The position numbers and the translations under genes were made by a program. Positions 59,607 to 64,000 of a stretch of DNA of 64,000 nucleotides are shown here, in pieces; position 1 is the first letter of the stretch; each line of letters begins with the position of its first letter. Below the pieces are notes generated by a model. The model saw only the letters and a list, made by a program, of their open reading frames with translations, was not told where the DNA came from and did not search any database. Location of the stretch: NCBI GenBank assembly GCA_963934165.1, contig CAWVXH010000002.1:38650-102649 (forward strand). The letters run 5' to 3'. This DNA is from an uncultured Candidatus Poseidoniales archaeon (lineage in GTDB: Archaea > Thermoplasmatota > Poseidoniia > Poseidoniales > Thalassarchaeaceae).

Positions 59607-60941
59607 TCAAAGAATCTTTCCAATCGATTGACTGCGCATCGATATTCTCTTGAAAAGTTCATTGTGTGCTTCTGAGTCTATCTCCAGAATTAATCTCGAT
59701 ATTGCTGTTAATGAGTCTGGGTTTATTCTGCCTAATTCAAGTAATAATCCAGACAATTGAGAACGTGCGGAAAGGTTGGAACTTACCCATATTGACGGGA
59801 TTAAATTACCTGAATCTTTAGAATCAACAGACAAATAATACCTAATCCCTGATTCAACCAATCGTTGAATCATCCGTTCATCTCCACTTTCAATAACCAA
59901 TTTCGCAAATTCAGTAAAAGAAATTGTATCGGATCTTGAAAGACCTCCGAGATATGTAGTTGCCAAAATACGCGTGTCAGAATCGGGATTTATTAGCAAT
60001 TTTTTCATCAATTCCAATGCAAATTTAGGGTCGTCACTTTCAATCCTAGACAAATTCGATGCAACAGTTCTACGACCGAATATATCTTCGTGAAGAATCG
60101 CCGCAGAAAGAATTTCACGCGACCGCTCGGAATCGTTGGAAAAAGATTGAATTCCAGCCCTTATAAGAACTGCAAGACCATCACCTCGTGCTTGACTAAG
60201 AGCAGATTCTATACGATTTGGAATAGATAATACAGAAGAGACGTGGGGCCCAAGTGCTAAGTTTTCAAGCCAATAAGGCAAAATAGAATTCGCTGAATTC
60301 TCATTCATTGAAAGAATATCGAGTATTGCATTAGCGGCTAGCGTTCCGGTAGGGTGAGCGATTTCTTCGATGAAATCTGTCGTTTGGTTATCATTCCATT
60401 CCATGTGAAATGGCCCAGTCACTTTATTGATTGGCCAATTGCCAGGGGGACGTGCGACAACAATCGATGAAAATAAATGAAAACAACCATCCCTAGCGAT
60501 TTTTGAACTATTTAATGCCAATCCTATCAAAACACTCGATGCCAAATACCACCTATCCGCATTTGGAACGGATTCATCTAACGCTAAAATTAACCAGTCT
60601 TTTATTGTTAGAATTAGGATCTTTTCACCGATTAATTCTGCATTTTTTGAAATCCATTTTTCCCGACTAGCCTCTGGATCAATGTCTCTCTTGACATAAT
60701 CTGGCTCAATTGATTCGATTACCATTTCGAGCCGGTATCTGAAGCCTGCTCTATCACTAGATGTAATCCCAAGGGCTTGCTGCGCTAAATCGGTTGAATC
60801 GGCCGGAGGTAGAGCAGGAAAATCGGGTAATTCAAGCGGAGGGTGGGGTAGAGGTTCATATTGAAAAGCAAGAAAAATTGAGGATTTCATCAATTTGGTG
60901 TGTGCATCCCAAACGAGGGCGCTAGCCTCTCGTCGAACCAT
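59607..60941 (-). CDS. Hypothetical protein with HEAT-like repeats
   Basis: C-terminal half has HEAT-like motifs (HEDIFGRRTVA, NPDSDTRILA). Lies 15 bp downstream of tfb. Confidence 0.7.
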   Translation of the reverse strand: MVRREASALVWDAHTKLMKSSIFLAFQYEPLPHPPLELPDFPALPPADSTDLAQQALGITSSDRAGFRYRLEMVIESIEPDYVKRDIDPEASREKWISKNAELIGEKILILTIKDWLILALDESVPNADRWYLASSVLIGLALNSSKIARDGCFHLFSSIVVARPPGNWPINKVTGPFHMEWNDNQTTDFIEEIAHPTGTLAANAILDILSMNENSANSILPYWLENLALGPHVSSVLSIPNRIESALSQARGDGLAVLIRAGIQSFSNDSERSREILSAAILHEDIFGRRTVASNLSRIESDDPKFALELMKKLLINPDSDTRILATTYLGGLSRSDTISFTEFAKLVIESGDERMIQRLVESGIRYYLSVDSKDSGNLIPSIWVSSNLSARSQLSGLLLELGRINPDSLTAISRLILEIDSEAHNELFKRISMRSQSIGKIL

Positions 60942-60956
60942 ATATATGTCACCGAC

Positions 60957-61883
60957 TTAAATCTCAAGTTCAATGTTCAAATTTTGGATTAATTCCTTGT
61001 ATCGATTACGGATTGTGACTTCGGTTACTCCAGCAACTTCTGCTACTTCCCTCTGAGTGCGGCGCTTACCACACAACACACTTGCGATGTAAATAATCGA
61101 GGCTGCAATCCCAGTTGGGCCACGGCCACTGGTCAATTCCTTTTCTTGTGCCGCTGCAATCAATTCGTATGCCTTAGCCTGAACTTCAGCATCAAGATCG
61201 AGGCCAGAACAAAACCGAGGAATATAATCTTCGGGCTTGGTTGGAGGAATCTTCATTTTCAATTCTCTAACCATGAAACGATAGGTTCGTCCGATTTCTT
61301 TTCGGCCGGTTCTGCTTGCTTCACCAATCTCATCAAGAGTCCTTGGATTCTGACATTGTCTGCATGCAGCGTAAAGAGATGCAGCTGCAACTCCTTCGAT
61401 AGAACGGCCACGAATTAAACGGGCTTCAACTGCTTTCTTGTAATTCACAGCAGCAGCTTCACGAATTGACTTAGGCAAATCAAGGCGACTTGCCATACGA
61501 TCCAATTCAGCGAGAGCCATTGCGAGGTTACGCTCGGTTGCATTGCTCACACGCGAGCGCTTCTGCCACTTTCTCATTCGGTAAAATTGTGAACGATATC
61601 TTGAAGAAATTGCTTTACCTGAATAATCTTTGTTTTGCCAATCAATATCTGTCGATAACCCCTTGTCGTGCAACATCACGGTCATCGGTGCACCGGTACG
61701 GGCTCGTTGGTCACCTTGTTCTGGGCTGAATACACGCCATTCGGCGCCTTGGTCAATTACCTTGTCCTCAAGCACCAACCCACAGTCATCACAAACGACC
61801 TCGCCACGAGTTTCGTCTCGATTTAGATTACGGCTTCCACATTCATCACATTTTACTGTGTCTTCTACAAGATAATCTGCCAT
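60957..61883 (-). CDS. tfb: Transcription initiation factor IIB
   Basis: Zn ribbon CDECG...[25 protein letters not shown], two cyclin folds, [13 protein letters not shown]. Start at MADY follows a GGAGG SD. Confidence 0.98.
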   Translation of the reverse strand: MADYLVEDTVKCDECGSRNLNRDETRGEVVCDDCGLVLEDKVIDQGAEWRVFSPEQGDQRARTGAPMTVMLHDKGLSTDIDWQNKDYSGKAISSRYRSQFYRMRKWQKRSRVSNATERNLAMALAELDRMASRLDLPKSIREAAAVNYKKAVEARLIRGRSIEGVAAASLYAACRQCQNPRTLDEIGEASRTGRKEIGRTYRFMVRELKMKIPPTKPEDYIPRFCSGLDLDAEVQAKAYELIAAAQEKELTSGRGPTGIAASIIYIASVLCGKRRTQREVAEVAGVTEVTIRNRYKELIQNLNIELEI

Positions 61884-62058
61884 TCCATCGCCTCCTTTCT
61901 GAGAGAAAGGTAAAATACTCCGCCAAACCATCATATATAAAACTAACAAAATAATAATTAGGACTAAAGTCTACTAAATCACTAACTTACAAAGAAGAAA
62001 TATATTGAGAATGGTGATATATCAGGCAGTCTTGGCAATAGATGTAATAGGTGCTCTG

Positions 62059-64000
62059 ATGACCGTACAATGGCCTCCAGCAGAAATTTCTCTCACCCCT
62101 GGTAAGCGTGTGTTATTTCTTACAAAAAACCTTGAATTGATTCGAAAACAACTCTATGAAGGATTAAATCTCAAAATGAAGGACCTTTCCATCGAAGATC
62201 TTCTCGATGACATCAATACTGATGTAATGACTCCTGCCTGGGTTTGTTTTGACTATGAACCTGCAATAATAGCAGAAAATGCCTACGCTGGATTATTGCA
62301 TAATGGAAGACGGGTTTTCGAACCACAAGCATTGATTGATGGTGGGTTCGAAGTTATCGTATCTGGTCATAGAAAAGGTACCGGATCTAGTAGAGAGACT
62401 GCCCCGCAGTGTGAACGATGGTCTGGAATCCGAATTGTAATCGCTGCTTCATTCGCCCCAATTCATGAGCGAAATAACATAAATCTTGGTCAATTGATGG
62501 GTGACCACACCATGCTTGAAAGATTGCAAGATGGTGAGCAACTTTCATTGAATGAATTTACTGAAAAATACGATCCCGTAACTCGTTTAATTCTCGAAAA
62601 TGGAGGTCTTTTTCCATTCGCAAAGAATCTGGAATCTGGTAATGTTCAACTGCCGGAAGTTAGCCTTGAGAAACGGCCGATGACGATGGTTGAAAAAATA
62701 ATTTCAAACAAATTAATCGGAATGGAGGGCGCTCGTGGTTATGTCAAACCAAATGACGCCGTTCTGGCTTCTGTCGATGGAGGTTATTCACACGAGTTCA
62801 CTACGGCACAGGTTCATGAATTTTTGAAATTAGAATATGGTAGCGACTATTCTGTGCCGAATCCAAGCAAATTTGCTGTTTTCGAAGATCATTTATTGTA
62901 CGCGACTGGAGTTCCAAGATTCGGTAAATTTACTAACAAAATTCAACTTCTACGCGATTTACAAACCACATTTCAGGTTCACACTGGCGTTCGAGATTAT
63001 TCCGCGGAAGATGGTGTTTCACCAGGAATTTGTCATCAAGTAGCACGGGAAGAATTCATCGATGTTGGAGATTTCATCCAAGCCACAGATAGCCATACCT
63101 GCATGGGTGGGGCAAGTAACTCTCTTGCCTATGGCGTTGGTTCAACAGAATATGCAAATCTAATTCATAATCAATTTGCTTTCGTTAAAGTTCCAGAAAG
63201 CATCCGATTTAATCTAGTAGGGACTTTGGATGATGGTTGCACGGCTAAAGATATAATTTTACACATCCTATGGAAGTACGCTACAAACTCAGATACTCTC
63301 GATCGTAGCATGGAATTCGGCGGATCCGGGCTCACTAGTTTATCAATGGATGAGCGGGCAACTTTGTGCAATATGGCGACTGAATGCAGCGCAAAAACTG
63401 GAATTTGTGATGCTGATAATTTAACTGTCGAATGGCTATTAGATAGACGTCCTCATCTAACTGCAGAAGCCATTCGAGACTCTTTTGTTACTGCCGATTT
63501 GGATGCTGTCTACGATGGTGGCGTACACACTATCGATCTCGACAAAATACGCCCAATGGTCGCTCATCCAGGAAACCCCGATGAGGGTGTGCCATCCGAT
63601 CCAACAAATGGTGCCTATGTTTCTGACATTGGGAAAATCAAAATCAACATTGCTTACGCTGGCTCATGCACAGCTGGAAAAGAGGATGATTTTGCTTACT
63701 ATGCGGAAATTACCGAAGCTGCATTAGCAGCCGGAATGACAATTCATGAAGATGTTGAATGTTACATCCAGTTTGGTTCAAAGGCGGTTAAAGATTTGTC
63801 CGTGCGCAACGGTTGGACAGAAATGTTTGAGCGTGCTGGAATCAAGCTAATCGATCCAGGTTGTGGCGCTTGCATAGGCGCTGGTCCTGGAGTAAGCAAT
63901 ACGAAAGAACAGGTCAGCGTGTCAGCAATAAATCGAAATTTTCAAGGGCGGTCCGGACCAGGTGAACTCTATCTCGCTAGTCCATTGACCGTAATGGCAA
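62059..64000 (+). CDS. Aconitase/isopropylmalate-isomerase family protein, swivel (LeuD-like) domain fused N-terminal to the LeuC-like domains (runs off window end)
   Basis: Not in the ORF track. Manual translation: DDINTDVMTP, GTGSSRETA, IAASFAPIHERN, then EDH, GICHQ, ATDSHT, ERATLCNM, GSCTAG, PGCGACIG, NRNFQGRSG, YLASP. Confidence 0.93.
   Translation, partial: MTVQWPPAEISLTPGKRVLFLTKNLELIRKQLYEGLNLKMKDLSIEDLLDDINTDVMTPAWVCFDYEPAIIAENAYAGLLHNGRRVFEPQALIDGGFEVIVSGHRKGTGSSRETAPQCERWSGIRIVIAASFAPIHERNNINLGQLMGDHTMLERLQDGEQLSLNEFTEKYDPVTRLILENGGLFPFAKNLESGNVQLPEVSLEKRPMTMVEKIISNKLIGMEGARGYVKPNDAVLASVDGGYSHEFTTAQVHEFLKLEYGSDYSVPNPSKFAVFEDHLLYATGVPRFGKFTNKIQLLRDLQTTFQVHTGVRDYSAEDGVSPGICHQVAREEFIDVGDFIQATDSHTCMGGASNSLAYGVGSTEYANLIHNQFAFVKVPESIRFNLVGTLDDGCTAKDIILHILWKYATNSDTLDRSMEFGGSGLTSLSMDERATLCNMATECSAKTGICDADNLTVEWLLDRRPHLTAEAIRDSFVTADLDAVYDGGVHTIDLDKIRPMVAHPGNPDEGVPSDPTNGAYVSDIGKIKINIAYAGSCTAGKEDDFAYYAEITEAALAAGMTIHEDVECYIQFGSKAVKDLSVRNGWTEMFERAGIKLIDPGCGACIGAGPGVSNTKEQVSVSAINRNFQGRSGPGELYLASPLTVMA

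Noticed and set aside
62837..63727. Short ORFs at the window end
   Set aside because: Alternate-frame or antisense shadows of the aconitase-family gene starting at 62059.

Overview
This is a gene-dense archaeal chromosome segment. The archaeal markers are gatE, MCM, TFB, Trm1, the eL18-uL13-uS9-rpoN-tRNA-Pro cluster, two PAC2 proteasome chaperones and GAGGTGA Shine-Dalgarno sites. These sit among many bacterial-type genes (ligA, nrdJ, icd, rlmH, nfuA, a RhlE-like helicase, a beta-oxidation operon). That mix, plus giant acidic surface proteins, best fits Marine Group II Euryarchaeota (Poseidoniales); this is an inference. There are about 45 CDS and 3 tRNAs. I saw no CRISPR array, transposase, integrase or rRNA. 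Most notable: (1) an ABC transporter whose lipoprotein carries a circularly permuted family-3 binding domain plus two LivJ-type domains, and whose permease is a LivH-TM2-LivM fusion; (2) ORB-like Orc1/Cdc6 boxes directly upstream of mcm; (3) an 1130-aa RGG/helical-repeat/PIN protein with a SMG6-like layout; (4) a 2650-aa acidic surface protein with an intact type-1 copper domain; (5) a fatty-acid operon with a stand-alone acyl-CoA-binding protein; (6) a panD remnant; (7) several intergenic hairpins and repeated zero-gap TAATCA convergent junctions. All calls come from motif recognition by eye; no database searches were run.
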